Shown here one piece after another: positions 10,828 to 20,442 of a stretch of DNA of 64,000 nt (its first letter is position 1; the number at the start of each line of letters is the position of its first letter). The position numbers were made by a program, and so were the translations under genes. The DNA is taken from positions 973 to 64,972 of IMG/VR virus record IMGVR_UViG_3300043570_000787; one strand, written 5' to 3'. Under the pieces are notes generated by a model. The model saw nothing but the letters and a program-made list of their open reading frames with translations, was not told where the DNA came from and did not search any database. The stretch comes from a virus (lineage: Duplodnaviria > Caudoviricetes).

Positions 10828-11586
10828 TTACAATATAGTTAAAAGTTGTTGTACATCTTGTGCTGTTACTGCGTATAAGTTAGTTCCATCTCCTTGTTTG
10901 TAAGAGATATAACTCAATGCTTTATCAAATAGCAATTGGAATACACTATTTGGGAACTCAATGTTTTGAGACAATGAGATGATAACAGATGGTTTCTTAG
11001 CCCAAAATACTGTTACCTTATCATTCTTAATTTGTGGTCTAATTTCAATCTCTGCCGCTTTATCACCTGTATTTACACCTTGGTAATTTGCAGGAGCTAA
11101 ATAAGCATATAATTTCAATGCATCACATATCTGATTCCCATCATATCCTGCCTCAAATGGATTAGATGCGTTAGTTGACCATTCCTCAACAGTCAATCGT
11201 TTACATGAATCAGTAGATGCTAAATGCAATTTGTCACTCAAGAAATAACTTCTAGTTACGTCAGGAGTAGGCACAGGAGGATATCCTGCGATAGTATCTG
11301 TAGTTGGGTTAGCAAATACCCCTAAAATAGTCCATACTTCGCTAGGGAATACGTTTAGAGAAACCCTAGAGGTGTTCGTTGTTTGGAACACCCCAGAGTA
11401 TGCTAAGTCTCTAAAAAACTCTTCTCCTAGTTTATCTTGACCATACGCAGCATTTACGATATTAGTTAACCATTTTACCGAAGCATTAATTGCTGGTATA
11501 TAGTCTAATGAATCCAAATAGTGATCTGAATTCTCTGCATCCAATGCGAATGCTAACTGATTACGTAATTCCTGTGCTGAGATCAT
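10828..11586 (-). CDS. tail tubular/ring protein
   Basis: 252 aa; C-terminal KKP...IEFPNSVFQLLFDKAL adaptor-like pattern; synteny. Confidence 0.55.
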   Translation of the reverse strand: MISAQELRNQLAFALDAENSDHYLDSLDYIPAINASVKWLTNIVNAAYGQDKLGEEFFRDLAYSGVFQTTNTSRVSLNVFPSEVWTILGVFANPTTDTIAGYPPVPTPDVTRSYFLSDKLHLASTDSCKRLTVEEWSTNASNPFEAGYDGNQICDALKLYAYLAPANYQGVNTGDKAAEIEIRPQIKNDKVTVFWAKKPSVIISLSQNIEFPNSVFQLLFDKALSYISYKQGDGTNLYAVTAQDVQQLLTIL

Positions 11587-11588
11587 GT

Positions 11589-12377
11589 CTAGTTATTAAT
11601 TGTTTTTTCAGTAACTATACGTCCTTCTTTGTCCATAGTTGAATTTCTCAAGTTACCGTAAAGCATTCTATCTTGTTGATTGATAGATCGTTTTGCAGTA
11701 AGCTCAACTAATTGTCTACGCATAGCCTCTGGGCTTTGGTTAATTGTAACTCCTTCTTGTTTAGCACGTGCAATAATCTGCATGTCAGACAATTTAGAGA
11801 TAGATTGTTGTGCTTCAACCATTTTCTGAGCCCATGTAGAGTCAACATTCATTGCTGATTCCATGTTCTCGTAAAATGCGATACCATATTGGCTGTGATT
11901 TCTTAAGTAATCCAACTCTGATTGGGATTGAACCTTAACAGAAGATACAGATACAACTTGTACATCACGACCTTTCTTTCTACGTGTTCTTACTAATGGT
12001 TTGAATTTGATAGCTCCGTGTGGAGGTAACGACTCTAAACCACGTCTCTTATCACCGTGAATAGAAAAGTTTAATGAGAATGCGAAGAATACTACGGGTT
12101 GTTCTAACCAATCTTCTTCTAATTCAGATATATAGTTAGATTCCTCATTAAGAGACTCTCTAGCTGATGATGTTTTTAATTTATTAAGTTGATTAGTGAA
12201 CTTAGTCTCTAATTCTTGCATCCATTGCTGAACTGTAGATAATGGAATAGCAGGCTCTGCTTTAGGCTCTACGTATTCTTTCTCTTCTTTCTTTACCTCT
12301 ACTGGTGCGCTCACTTCTTCAAATACTGATTGTTCAGCCTGAGGAGTAACGTCTTGATTTGCTTTTTTAATAGCCAT
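11589..12377 (-). CDS. hypothetical protein following major capsid gene
   Basis: 262-aa ORF in the structural operon. Confidence 0.7.
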   Translation of the reverse strand: MAIKKANQDVTPQAEQSVFEEVSAPVEVKKEEKEYVEPKAEPAIPLSTVQQWMQELETKFTNQLNKLKTSSARESLNEESNYISELEEDWLEQPVVFFAFSLNFSIHGDKRRGLESLPPHGAIKFKPLVRTRRKKGRDVQVVSVSSVKVQSQSELDYLRNHSQYGIAFYENMESAMNVDSTWAQKMVEAQQSISKLSDMQIIARAKQEGVTINQSPEAMRRQLVELTAKRSINQQDRMLYGNLRNSTMDKEGRIVTEKTINN

Positions 12378-12401
12378 GACTAATTTATTTTAAATGATTA
12401 A

Positions 12402-12428
12402 ATAAAGGGGGAGATTTTGTCCCCCCCT
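12402..12428 (-). terminator. intrinsic terminator after the major capsid gene
   Basis: G-run/C-run inverted repeat (aggggga...tccccccct) followed on the minus strand by TTTATTT, just after the capsid stop. Confidence 0.7.
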
Positions 12429-12441
12429 GAATTTTTAAATA

Positions 12442-13680
12442 TTACATTGTAAGGTCTAACCATGCACATGCAAGTGGGTTGTGGAATTTAACCCCCATGT
12501 TACAGTCTACCCATACATCTCCGTAACGTTTCGGAACACCATCCTCTAATTTCAATGTGTCTCCAGAACGCTCACCCCAAAGTTGTGTACGTTTGATGTT
12601 TTTCATATCCAAGATTACGATACGGTTTTCGAATGAACCTGGGAATGATGCTTTGTCTTCAAAACGTTTGAAAGGCACAAGAACGATACGAGAAGAACCT
12701 AAGTTTACTTCTTTCAAGTTCAATAATGCGATATCATCGTTAGGAGCGTAACGTGTCAATTCTTCTTTGTAAGCCAAAGATAATGCACGGTGAACACGTG
12801 GAGTCATGAATGCCATACGAGCTTGACCGTAGTCACCATACTCAGAAGACAATACCATATCCTCGAATGCGTCAACTAAAGATGCGTTCGTAGCCAATGC
12901 GTTTGGAGAACCTGCCTCTAACATTGAAGAGAATACACCACCTGTAGTTTTTGCAGGAGTACCATCAGCAGTGATGATTTCACCTTTTTGTCCTGTCCAG
13001 AATGCGTTAGACAAATCGATACGGTGTTGGTTGAACATTGCGTTACGTTCCATTTCAAGGAAGTTAGCAGTTGTTCCCAAAGTTTTCAATTTGTGTAATT
13101 CTACTTCAGAGTAACGAATCGCTTTGTTAAACAATTGGATGTAGTTGTTACGCTCGATTGTAGAAGCACGGAAGTACTGAGCAAAACCGTCAGATCCATC
13201 GTGGTCAACGCTAGATACGTTAGCCAATACATCGTCAGGAGAAACTGCTGGTAAAGTATCACCATTGTAAGGAGAAACAGTAATTGTCAACAAAGACGTA
13301 TCAACAGAAACAACACTACCTTTTTGTCCGTTAGGGTAAGAGATAATTGTGTTAGTTGAGATGTTGTCTGTAGACGTTACAGAAATTGTTTGAGTTGTAG
13401 GCCAAGATACAGTCGCAGATGCAGCTGTAGCTACAAGAGGCTCACGTTGGTAACCCATTTCTTGGTAGAAGAACTCGTCAGAGTTAACTTGCTCTGCTGC
13501 TACCATGTTTAACAATTTCAAGTCCATGAACTGCTGAGGAGCAGCATCAAAGATTGCACGATTAGTTAATTTTTGTACTAACAATGAAATATCATGTCCG
13601 TACAATGCAGCGTACTCAGATCCTACGGAGTTGTAGTTCTGATTGTCGAACTTAATGTTCGGTTCATTATATAAAGCCAT
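12442..13680 (-). CDS. major capsid protein (HK97-fold, inferred)
   Basis: 412 aa, strongly biased codon usage, after portal and scaffold-like gene; NYIQLF and TTGG motifs; followed by a terminator. Confidence 0.8.
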   Translation of the reverse strand: MALYNEPNIKFDNQNYNSVGSEYAALYGHDISLLVQKLTNRAIFDAAPQQFMDLKLLNMVAAEQVNSDEFFYQEMGYQREPLVATAASATVSWPTTQTISVTSTDNISTNTIISYPNGQKGSVVSVDTSLLTITVSPYNGDTLPAVSPDDVLANVSSVDHDGSDGFAQYFRASTIERNNYIQLFNKAIRYSEVELHKLKTLGTTANFLEMERNAMFNQHRIDLSNAFWTGQKGEIITADGTPAKTTGGVFSSMLEAGSPNALATNASLVDAFEDMVLSSEYGDYGQARMAFMTPRVHRALSLAYKEELTRYAPNDDIALLNLKEVNLGSSRIVLVPFKRFEDKASFPGSFENRIVILDMKNIKRTQLWGERSGDTLKLEDGVPKRYGDVWVDCNMGVKFHNPLACAWLDLTM

Positions 13681-13714
13681 TTTGCTTCGGTTTTAAAAAT
13701 TTACAATTTAATTA

Positions 13715-14881
13715 CTATGCGTAAGGGTCTCCTTTAAATAATCCACTTAAGTGTCCTGCCTCTTTAGCAAATGCACCCTGTTGAGGAGCAGCAGCTTTAT
13801 TCTTGCGAAGTGCAGTTGGACTTGAGTCAACTATTTTTTGGTTCGCTTTACTCTCACCTTGTCGTTCAGCAATCTTTTTAACAGATTCTAACATTTTCTT
13901 GCCGTACATAGCGTATGCAACTAACTCTGCTGCATCCTCTTTATATGTACCATCAGCATTCACAAACAGATTCTCCGCTTTCCCCTCAACCAAGATAGTC
14001 CTAATTTTTGCAACCTCGGACTTACTGAAGCTTGGGTAAGCCTTACTTAGATTTTCTACGGAAAGGAGGGCTGTCTTTTTCAAGTTTTGAAACTCGTTTT
14101 TTTGACGGTTGGTAAACTCCTCACGCTCTTTTTCTAATGCTTGTTTATCTTCAGCGAATAAACGTTTTGTTGAATTTGCTAAAAGCCTTACGCTATTATC
14201 GAACTCAGACTCTGAGATATCTCCATCCTCTAAAGATGTTGTTAGCTCATCATACTGCTCTCCAAAATAGTGCTGGACAAGGCTCTCTGGATCTTGACCT
14301 TTATAGTCTCCTGAGAAGTCCAGTCTTTGTGAAGATGTAAATGCTGTAGTGTGATCTTCTCCATTTGCCCACAATTGAACTGCCATACGGATATCGCTTG
14401 GCATCGCTTGTAAGTCAGCTGTTAAAGCCTCATACTCTTTCTTTACTTCAGAACCCTCTTGGGCCTGATTTCTCCATGTATCGACAGATGAAAAGAACTT
14501 AGAAGCATCATTAACCCCAAACTTAGAAGAGATGAGGTCAATCATTTCCTTCGGTGCTTCAAAGTTAAGTTTAATTTCTTTACCCTTTTTTGGAGTAGCC
14601 ATGATTCCAAAGATGTCATCGATGTCTGCGCTCTCGTCACTATCATCTTCGTCTTCTTCTTCCTCTTCTTCTTCCTCATCATCTGCTTGAACGCTTGCTT
14701 GTCTCATGCTAGCCATCAAGTCTTTATACTCTGTTGAGTTTGCGAAGCTTGGGTCCATTGCGGCCAATGCTTCAACTTGTCGAAGTTGTTCTTGCATCTC
14801 TGGCTCCAACTGCTCCAATGAAGGAGCGTTAGAAAATTCACCAGATACTCTTTCAACTTCTTTTTCAAAGTTAGTATCCAT
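13715..14881 (-). CDS. putative capsid scaffolding protein
   Basis: acidic, coiled-coil-like, poly-E/D tract; lies between portal and capsid. Confidence 0.6.
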   Translation of the reverse strand: MDTNFEKEVERVSGEFSNAPSLEQLEPEMQEQLRQVEALAAMDPSFANSTEYKDLMASMRQASVQADDEEEEEEEEDEDDSDESADIDDIFGIMATPKKGKEIKLNFEAPKEMIDLISSKFGVNDASKFFSSVDTWRNQAQEGSEVKKEYEALTADLQAMPSDIRMAVQLWANGEDHTTAFTSSQRLDFSGDYKGQDPESLVQHYFGEQYDELTTSLEDGDISESEFDNSVRLLANSTKRLFAEDKQALEKEREEFTNRQKNEFQNLKKTALLSVENLSKAYPSFSKSEVAKIRTILVEGKAENLFVNADGTYKEDAAELVAYAMYGKKMLESVKKIAERQGESKANQKIVDSSPTALRKNKAAAPQQGAFAKEAGHLSGLFKGDPYA

Positions 14882-14916
14882 AACTATTTATTATTTGATT
14901 CAAAAATACACATTTA

Positions 14917-17118
14917 TTATAAACCCTGTTTTTTAAGAAGGTCTCTTTCCGTCTTAGAATTCTCCTTAAATGCTATTTTCTCCATTTCTTGTTGGTGTAG
15001 CATCTCTTGATCATCCATTACATCTTGTTTTTGCTGTTGTTGTGCAGCTTGTAATTGCTGTGCCATATCTGCCTGAGCAGCTCTTCCCTCAATCATACCT
15101 TCGTTAGCAGCTTTGTCAGCTTGTTGCTGTGCCATCAATTTATCTCTATGGAATTGACGTAGTGCTTGAGCTACTAAATCAGGACTTGCTCGGTTAAACA
15201 AGTTAGCAAATGTGATTTGATCAATCATACCTGCTTGAAGTAACGTAAACAATAGCTGATTTGCTGCATTTAAGCCTTGCTCAGGAGTTTCTGAACGCTT
15301 AATGAAGATTCTATAGTCTTGTAGTAAATGATCCTCTGTAATCGTAATTCTAGATAACCCTTCGTCACCTACCATCATCGCTAATTTACGAGGATTGTCG
15401 TGATAGATTGATTTACCTACAGTTGCCATGTGCTCGTATGCTTGACGTAAGATAGATGTCAATGCCCAATAGAATGGTTCCTGTACTAATGAACCTCTTT
15501 GGATTTGAGCTTCAACAACTCCTACTAGCATATCACTACCACCTTGAGTTCCTGTCATCGCTTCGTTCACTCCTGTAACATCCTGAATAGATTGCTGTAC
15601 AGTTTGAATAACTTGGAACATCTGAAGTGTACCTGATCCAATGTTTGTTCCGTATGTACCAATAGCATTCTGAACTGATCCAACTCGGTCTGTGTCTACG
15701 AAGATTGGCTTAGATGAGTTAATGTTACGCATGATATCTGCTTCTCCATCTCTATCGTCAACTGCTGACTTAGAAATAACTGTACCTGAACCACGCATGT
15801 TAGCCATCTGAGACTCTACAACAGATAAAGTTCTGTTTAAGAAACGCTGTGGATCAATAACATCATCAAGTGGAGTCAATACTTCACCTCTATCGTATAT
15901 GTAAGTGTAGCATTTGTACGGAAATTTTACGTTAGCTGGATCGTATAATTGTTTTTCTTGGTAAGGTAATACACCATACTCAAGAATGATATCACCATAT
16001 CCAATCTCCTCTTGAGGGATCATGATACAGTAGCGAAGAACATCAACATAAATTGTTTGTTTCTTGCTCTTGCCCATTTTCTTTTTGTGCTCTTCTGTTT
16101 GAGGCTCAATTAAATCCTTATCGGTATACTTGGAATCCTCATTGTTGATCATCGTGTAGTATGGATATCCTGCTTCATCAAGAACCCAACCATAATCTCT
16201 TCTCTCAACGTCTTTCCAATATGTCTCGTATGTAGGAACTTTACCACCTGGTATAGTATAGATACCATTTACAATCTTGTGCATATTGTTTTGATTCGTA
16301 TGATTAGAATACTCCTCAATAGCTTGTCTCTCGTCCTTTGTTAAGTGTTGGTATCTTTCGAAAATAGTCGGACTATCCATATAATACCATTCCCCCATAA
16401 ATTCAGCATCAGATAGATCAGGCTTTTTAGCCGACATATCCCACATGAAGAACAATGGATTGATGGACTCAGCAGCGTAGTTCTCATTAGCTTCATATCC
16501 TTTGTATATTCCTAATCCACAAATAGCTAGGTTACGAGTAATCTGAGTCTTTAACTCATCAATGTTTACTTCGTTAGCAATAAATTCAAGTAAGTTATTA
16601 ATGTCCTTCTCGTAGTTCTCTACGAATGTGTTGTAGAATAACTCTTCGGTCTCCATCTCTGTATCTTCGATAGGAGCATTCTCTTTGATGATGTCCTTGA
16701 AGAATGGTAAAGCATCAGCTACTTTTTGAAGTGACTTCAATTTAGCTAGCTCTTCTTCTCTTTTGTTGATTACGAAATCAGAAATACAGTTTGCTTTTGC
16801 ATCGTATCCTAAGCGAATAGCATTACCAATGTATTGTTGTACCATTGGCTTGATAACGTTCTTTGTCCATTTAAGGCGATTACGTACATCACCTGATTCA
16901 TCTAGGAAGAAAGCCTCGATATCCTCTTCGAATATCCATTGACCATCTTGCCCTTTAAAGAAAGACCAGTTGATTAAGCATTTGTTAATGTATCTGCGGT
17001 AGATGTAATTACTCATTATGGCAAGGCAATACTTCGCATATTCCTTATGGTAATCTTTATCTTTTTTGGAGGTTAACTTATTAGGTCTTTGTCTCCCTGT
17101 GCTAAACATGTAACTCAT
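14917..17118 (-). CDS. portal protein
   Basis: 733 aa; DPQRFLN and IQDVTGVNEAMTG patterns and Q-rich C-terminal barrel typical of P22/crAss-type portals. Confidence 0.85.
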   Translation of the reverse strand: MSYMFSTGRQRPNKLTSKKDKDYHKEYAKYCLAIMSNYIYRRYINKCLINWSFFKGQDGQWIFEEDIEAFFLDESGDVRNRLKWTKNVIKPMVQQYIGNAIRLGYDAKANCISDFVINKREEELAKLKSLQKVADALPFFKDIIKENAPIEDTEMETEELFYNTFVENYEKDINNLLEFIANEVNIDELKTQITRNLAICGLGIYKGYEANENYAAESINPLFFMWDMSAKKPDLSDAEFMGEWYYMDSPTIFERYQHLTKDERQAIEEYSNHTNQNNMHKIVNGIYTIPGGKVPTYETYWKDVERRDYGWVLDEAGYPYYTMINNEDSKYTDKDLIEPQTEEHKKKMGKSKKQTIYVDVLRYCIMIPQEEIGYGDIILEYGVLPYQEKQLYDPANVKFPYKCYTYIYDRGEVLTPLDDVIDPQRFLNRTLSVVESQMANMRGSGTVISKSAVDDRDGEADIMRNINSSKPIFVDTDRVGSVQNAIGTYGTNIGSGTLQMFQVIQTVQQSIQDVTGVNEAMTGTQGGSDMLVGVVEAQIQRGSLVQEPFYWALTSILRQAYEHMATVGKSIYHDNPRKLAMMVGDEGLSRITITEDHLLQDYRIFIKRSETPEQGLNAANQLLFTLLQAGMIDQITFANLFNRASPDLVAQALRQFHRDKLMAQQQADKAANEGMIEGRAAQADMAQQLQAAQQQQKQDVMDDQEMLHQQEMEKIAFKENSKTERDLLKKQGL

Positions 17119-17119
17119 A

Positions 17120-17710
17120 TCACTTCAGTACGTCATTAATTTTTACGAGTACCTGTTTTCTAGTTTTTCTCTCGACAACTTTAGCTCCGTATGAAGATTC
17201 TAATGTCTTCACCATCTGAGGTAGCTCTCCGTATACTTTTACCACTAGGTCAGTGTACTTTTTCTTTTCATCAATGTCCATCCCTGCCAAGGTTACCGAG
17301 TCAAGGACAATCATTTCGTTTAATACTTCAAACATATACTGACTCATTAATTTCGCTCTTAACCTGTATTCAGGATTAAAAGATTCCATCTTCTTGATGC
17401 CAGCAACAATTTCATCCGGGAGGTCTCCGTTTACTATTCCTCCCAAATCTTTTCTTATCGCATAATCCTTACCATAAGTAAGTTCAAGAGCTTTAACAAC
17501 TCTTTCTCTTTTGCTCAAACTGTAAATAGGACTTGTTCTGTTTCCTAGTAACCAGCAGAGTCTTACCTCTTTTGCCTTTAGGCTTTTAAATTCATCTACG
17601 TCAGCTAGTTCGGGATATTCTAATCTTAAATCTCCGTCTCCTTCCATTCCAAAGATGATCAATTCAACTTCTTTCTCTGCCATAAAATTAGTAAAAATAA
17701 GGGTAGGCAC
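17120..17710 (-). CDS. hypothetical protein upstream of portal (probable true start 17683, MAEKE)
   Basis: ORF abutting the portal start; own TATCTTTG element at 17728-17735. Confidence 0.65.
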   Translation of the reverse strand: MPTLIFTNFMAEKEVELIIFGMEGDGDLRLEYPELADVDEFKSLKAKEVRLCWLLGNRTSPIYSLSKRERVVKALELTYGKDYAIRKDLGGIVNGDLPDEIVAGIKKMESFNPEYRLRAKLMSQYMFEVLNEMIVLDSVTLAGMDIDEKKKYTDLVVKVYGELPQMVKTLESSYGAKVVERKTRKQVLVKINDVLK

Positions 17711-17726
17711 TTTTGATACCTACCCT
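17695..17726 (-). terminator. intrinsic terminator after the 273-aa virion gene
   Basis: agggtagg/cctaccct inverted repeat (17700-17726), followed on the minus strand by TATTTTT. Confidence 0.65.
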
Positions 17727-17747
17727 ACAAAGATAATTAAATTTTAA

Positions 17748-18569
17748 TTATACAGCTGGACAACCTAAGAAGTCAGCAACAGGAGTATAAGAACCATTTA
17801 AAATTGAAGTCAATTTAGTAACAGTTGCAGCAGCTCCAGCATCAGCAGCGTTCAAGTAAACCAAAGCGATAACAGGTTTAACAACCTCAAGGCCATTAAC
17901 GATGTTATGTTTGATATTTTTACGGTAGATGATTTGGTATGTTTGGTAGCTAGCAGCAGTAACGTAAGTTGCGTTATTTGTTTGAGCCAATACCTGAGCA
18001 GGTGTTCCAGCAGGAGCAACCCAAGCAGTTTGATCAGTGATAACAGAAGCAGCAGGAGCTTTAACGATTAACGCACCGTATCCAGCGTTGTCAGCAGTGA
18101 TACGAACCGTAGTTCCACCTGTAACAACAGCAGAGAAATAAGCATTAACGTCAGCATTGATACGTGCAGTAAACAATGTAGCTAATTCAGCAGTAGTTGC
18201 AGATCCATCAACTCCAACTTCGTAAGTACGAGTTTGGTAAGTTGCACCTGTTTCTTTACCTCCACCGAAGAAGTTTTGTACGTTTGGAGCGTAAACAGTC
18301 AACACGTAGTTACCGTTGTTAACCATTGTTACAGCAGACAAAGCAACATCAACAACGTTAGCAGTTCCAGCAGCATTTGCAGCATAACGGAAACCTAAAA
18401 AGTCAGTAGCTTTGATTTTTAAAGCTGTAGCACCAGACTCATCTTTGATGCTTAAAAGTCCTGAAGCCAAAACTACGTCTGTAGCCGCAACCGGAGTGTT
18501 TAGAATCAACGCTGAATCAGCATTGATAACTGGTAATTTAAAAGTAATCATAATAATTTGTTTTTTCAC
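17748..18569 (-). CDS. abundant virion protein, possibly capsid decoration/auxiliary protein (probable start 18551)
   Basis: A/T/V-rich; codon bias resembling the capsid gene; own promoter element (18623-18630) and terminator. Confidence 0.55.
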   Translation of the reverse strand: MKKQIIMITFKLPVINADSALILNTPVAATDVVLASGLLSIKDESGATALKIKATDFLGFRYAANAAGTANVVDVALSAVTMVNNGNYVLTVYAPNVQNFFGGGKETGATYQTRTYEVGVDGSATTAELATLFTARINADVNAYFSAVVTGGTTVRITADNAGYGALIVKAPAASVITDQTAWVAPAGTPAQVLAQTNNATYVTAASYQTYQIIYRKNIKHNIVNGLEVVKPVIALVYLNAADAGAAATVTKLTSILNGSYTPVADFLGCPAV

Positions 18570-18789
18570 TGACCGAAGTCTGTGTTGGTTAAAATTAATT
18601 AACTACACCGTGTAGTTCTCTGCAAATGTAAACAAAAAATTTAATTAAAAATTATGGGTTTGGGTTTTTTCTTTTTCTTTTTGATTAAGTATATGTGAGT
18701 ATATACGTAGTATATACGAATATATAGTTAATCTTTTCTTTTCTCTTTTTCTTTTTTTGCTTCTTTTTTTAAAAAAAATGCAGAAATAG

Positions 18790-18820
18790 TTTGGAGATTA
18801 AAAAATGATTCATAGATTTG
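18790..18820 (+). promoter_or_regulatory. Bacteroidota primary-sigma promoter
   Basis: TTTG (18790-18793) + 19 nt + TAGATTTG (18813-18820) matches the -33/-7 consensus TTTG...TAnnTTTG. Confidence 0.75.
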
Positions 18821-18824
18821 CAGA

Positions 18825-18920
18825 GTGTTGGCGCATAAGCATAGAAAAAATTTAAAGGTTATACTAGCCCCCTATTCTCCAGTAACGCCAACACACACTC
18901 AATGGGGGGCTTTTTATTTT
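18825..18920 (+). promoter_or_regulatory. attenuator-like leader / small RNA ending in a terminator
   Basis: stem 18866-18876/18901-18911 plus T tract; loop segment cgccaacac (18886-18894) complementary to 5' gtgttggcg (18825-18833). Confidence 0.55.
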
Positions 18921-18927
18921 TGTTGGT

Positions 18928-19212
18928 ATGGAACAATTTAGAGTAGTGTGTGTGAATGACAGATTTTGCCCAATGGGCTTCCCTCCTCAGTTGTGGATTA
19001 TGAAAGGAGAGATCTACACCGTGGTAGACGCAAAGTATTTAGCAAGGCAGCATATGACGATAGGCTACAAGCTTGCAGAGATTGAATTACCTGAGGATTC
19101 AGTGTATCAGTACTTTCTTTCGAATAGATTCAGGCCGTATACTGATGAGGATGAAATGCTAGAAGCAGCACTAGAAGAATTGTTAGAAGAAACAGAGCCT
19201 ATTGTTGTGTAA
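18928..19212 (+). CDS. hypothetical protein (counter-oriented gene in late module)
   Basis: 94 aa; VVCVND...GEIYTV...NRFRP pattern, possibly a small beta-barrel. Confidence 0.7.
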   Translation: MEQFRVVCVNDRFCPMGFPPQLWIMKGEIYTVVDAKYLARQHMTIGYKLAEIELPEDSVYQYFLSNRFRPYTDEDEMLEAALEELLEETEPIVV

Positions 19213-19272
19213 CGAATAATTTATATATTTGTTTCATAAAAAAAGAAATAAATTGAATTTAATCGCCACATT

Positions 19273-19629
19273 ATGAGTACCTCATCTTCGTACTCAAGCA
19301 ACAAACTAAGACAAGTCCTAACGAATGGGACTCAACACTTCATCATCAAGTCTTATGTCTATACGGCTTTTGAATACGACAGAAAAGTTCCCGAATATCA
19401 TCTTTATTGGATCAACATGAATAAAGGTTTACTTGAGGATATGCCCATGTATCAGAGATTGTCATGTAAGCATATGAATAAGAAAGAGAAAAGCTACTTC
19501 TGGTCTATAGCTGATCAATATAATGTTGTGGTTAGCGGTGAAGATGGAATAGTTTGGGAAAATAAAAAACTAGGCCTCAATAAAGACCTAGTTCAAAATC
19601 AATCTTACGAAGAAGATATTATTTCTTAG
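19273..19629 (+). CDS. hypothetical protein
   Basis: 118 aa; TATATTTG at 19224-19231 upstream. Confidence 0.65.
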   Translation: MSTSSSYSSNKLRQVLTNGTQHFIIKSYVYTAFEYDRKVPEYHLYWINMNKGLLEDMPMYQRLSCKHMNKKEKSYFWSIADQYNVVVSGEDGIVWENKKLGLNKDLVQNQSYEEDIIS

Positions 19630-20440
19630 ATTTAAGAGCTTTTAATTCAGTAGATAATTCCTGTATAGCTTTAACTAAGATAGGAATTAGTTTACCGTAT
19701 GATGCTTCTAGCTTCTCAGGGTTCTCGTCATAAACTAACTTAAGCACTTCAGACATCTCTACTGCTTCTTCAGCTGATTTCAATTCTTGAGCAATAAATC
19801 CAAAGTCAGCGATGTCATGTTTACCATTCTCGTCACGGTCATCCCAAACAAATGTTACAGGGCGAAGACCATCAATAAACTCAAGACCTACATTTAAGTC
19901 TTTAACTTCTTTCTTATCTCTTGCATCTGATAAAGATGTAATCGAAGTAACTGCACAACGTAAAACATTGTGATCTGAGCTACCTAATGTAATAGAGTTT
20001 GAAGTAGTTGCCGCAGCAGCATTAGATTGATATCCTAATACAATATTGTTTGTTCCTGTTGTCGTTGTTCCTCCTGCGATATGACCTAAAAAAACATTAT
20101 TGTTTCCTGTAACTTGTTGGCCTGCACCTGTACCAACTACAACATTAGCTGTACCTGTAGTTATAAGCTGACCTGCTGCTGCTCCAATAGAAACATTACT
20201 AGATCCTGATGAAATATTAGCTCCTGATTGTTTACCAAATAATGTATTACCATTTGATGAACCATTTAACATTCCACCTGTTCCCCAACCTATATATGTA
20301 TTATTTATTCCAGCTACAGCAGTACCTGAATACGTAAGTTTCATTGAACTTAATGAATCATCTAGATCCAAAAATACATTACTTACTCTTACACCATTTC
20401 CACTAAATGGTAATATCTCATCTACGTTTATTTGACTCAT
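19619..20440 (-). CDS. fibre/spike protein with C-terminal intramolecular chaperone (peptidase S74-like)
   Basis: N-x-x-x-G beta-roll repeats, SDARDKK autocleavage motif, GFIAQE, C-terminal coiled coil. Confidence 0.8.
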   Translation of the reverse strand: MSQINVDEILPFSGNGVRVSNVFLDLDDSLSSMKLTYSGTAVAGINNTYIGWGTGGMLNGSSNGNTLFGKQSGANISSGSSNVSIGAAAGQLITTGTANVVVGTGAGQQVTGNNNVFLGHIAGGTTTTGTNNIVLGYQSNAAAATTSNSITLGSSDHNVLRCAVTSITSLSDARDKKEVKDLNVGLEFIDGLRPVTFVWDDRDENGKHDIADFGFIAQELKSAEEAVEMSEVLKLVYDENPEKLEASYGKLIPILVKAIQELSTELKALKSKK

Positions 20441-20442
20441 GT

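Noticed and set aside
18650-18780. T-tracts and tatatacg repeats as a mobile element or array
   Set aside because: low-complexity spacer between divergent promoters; only two short tandem copies and no terminal repeats or transposase
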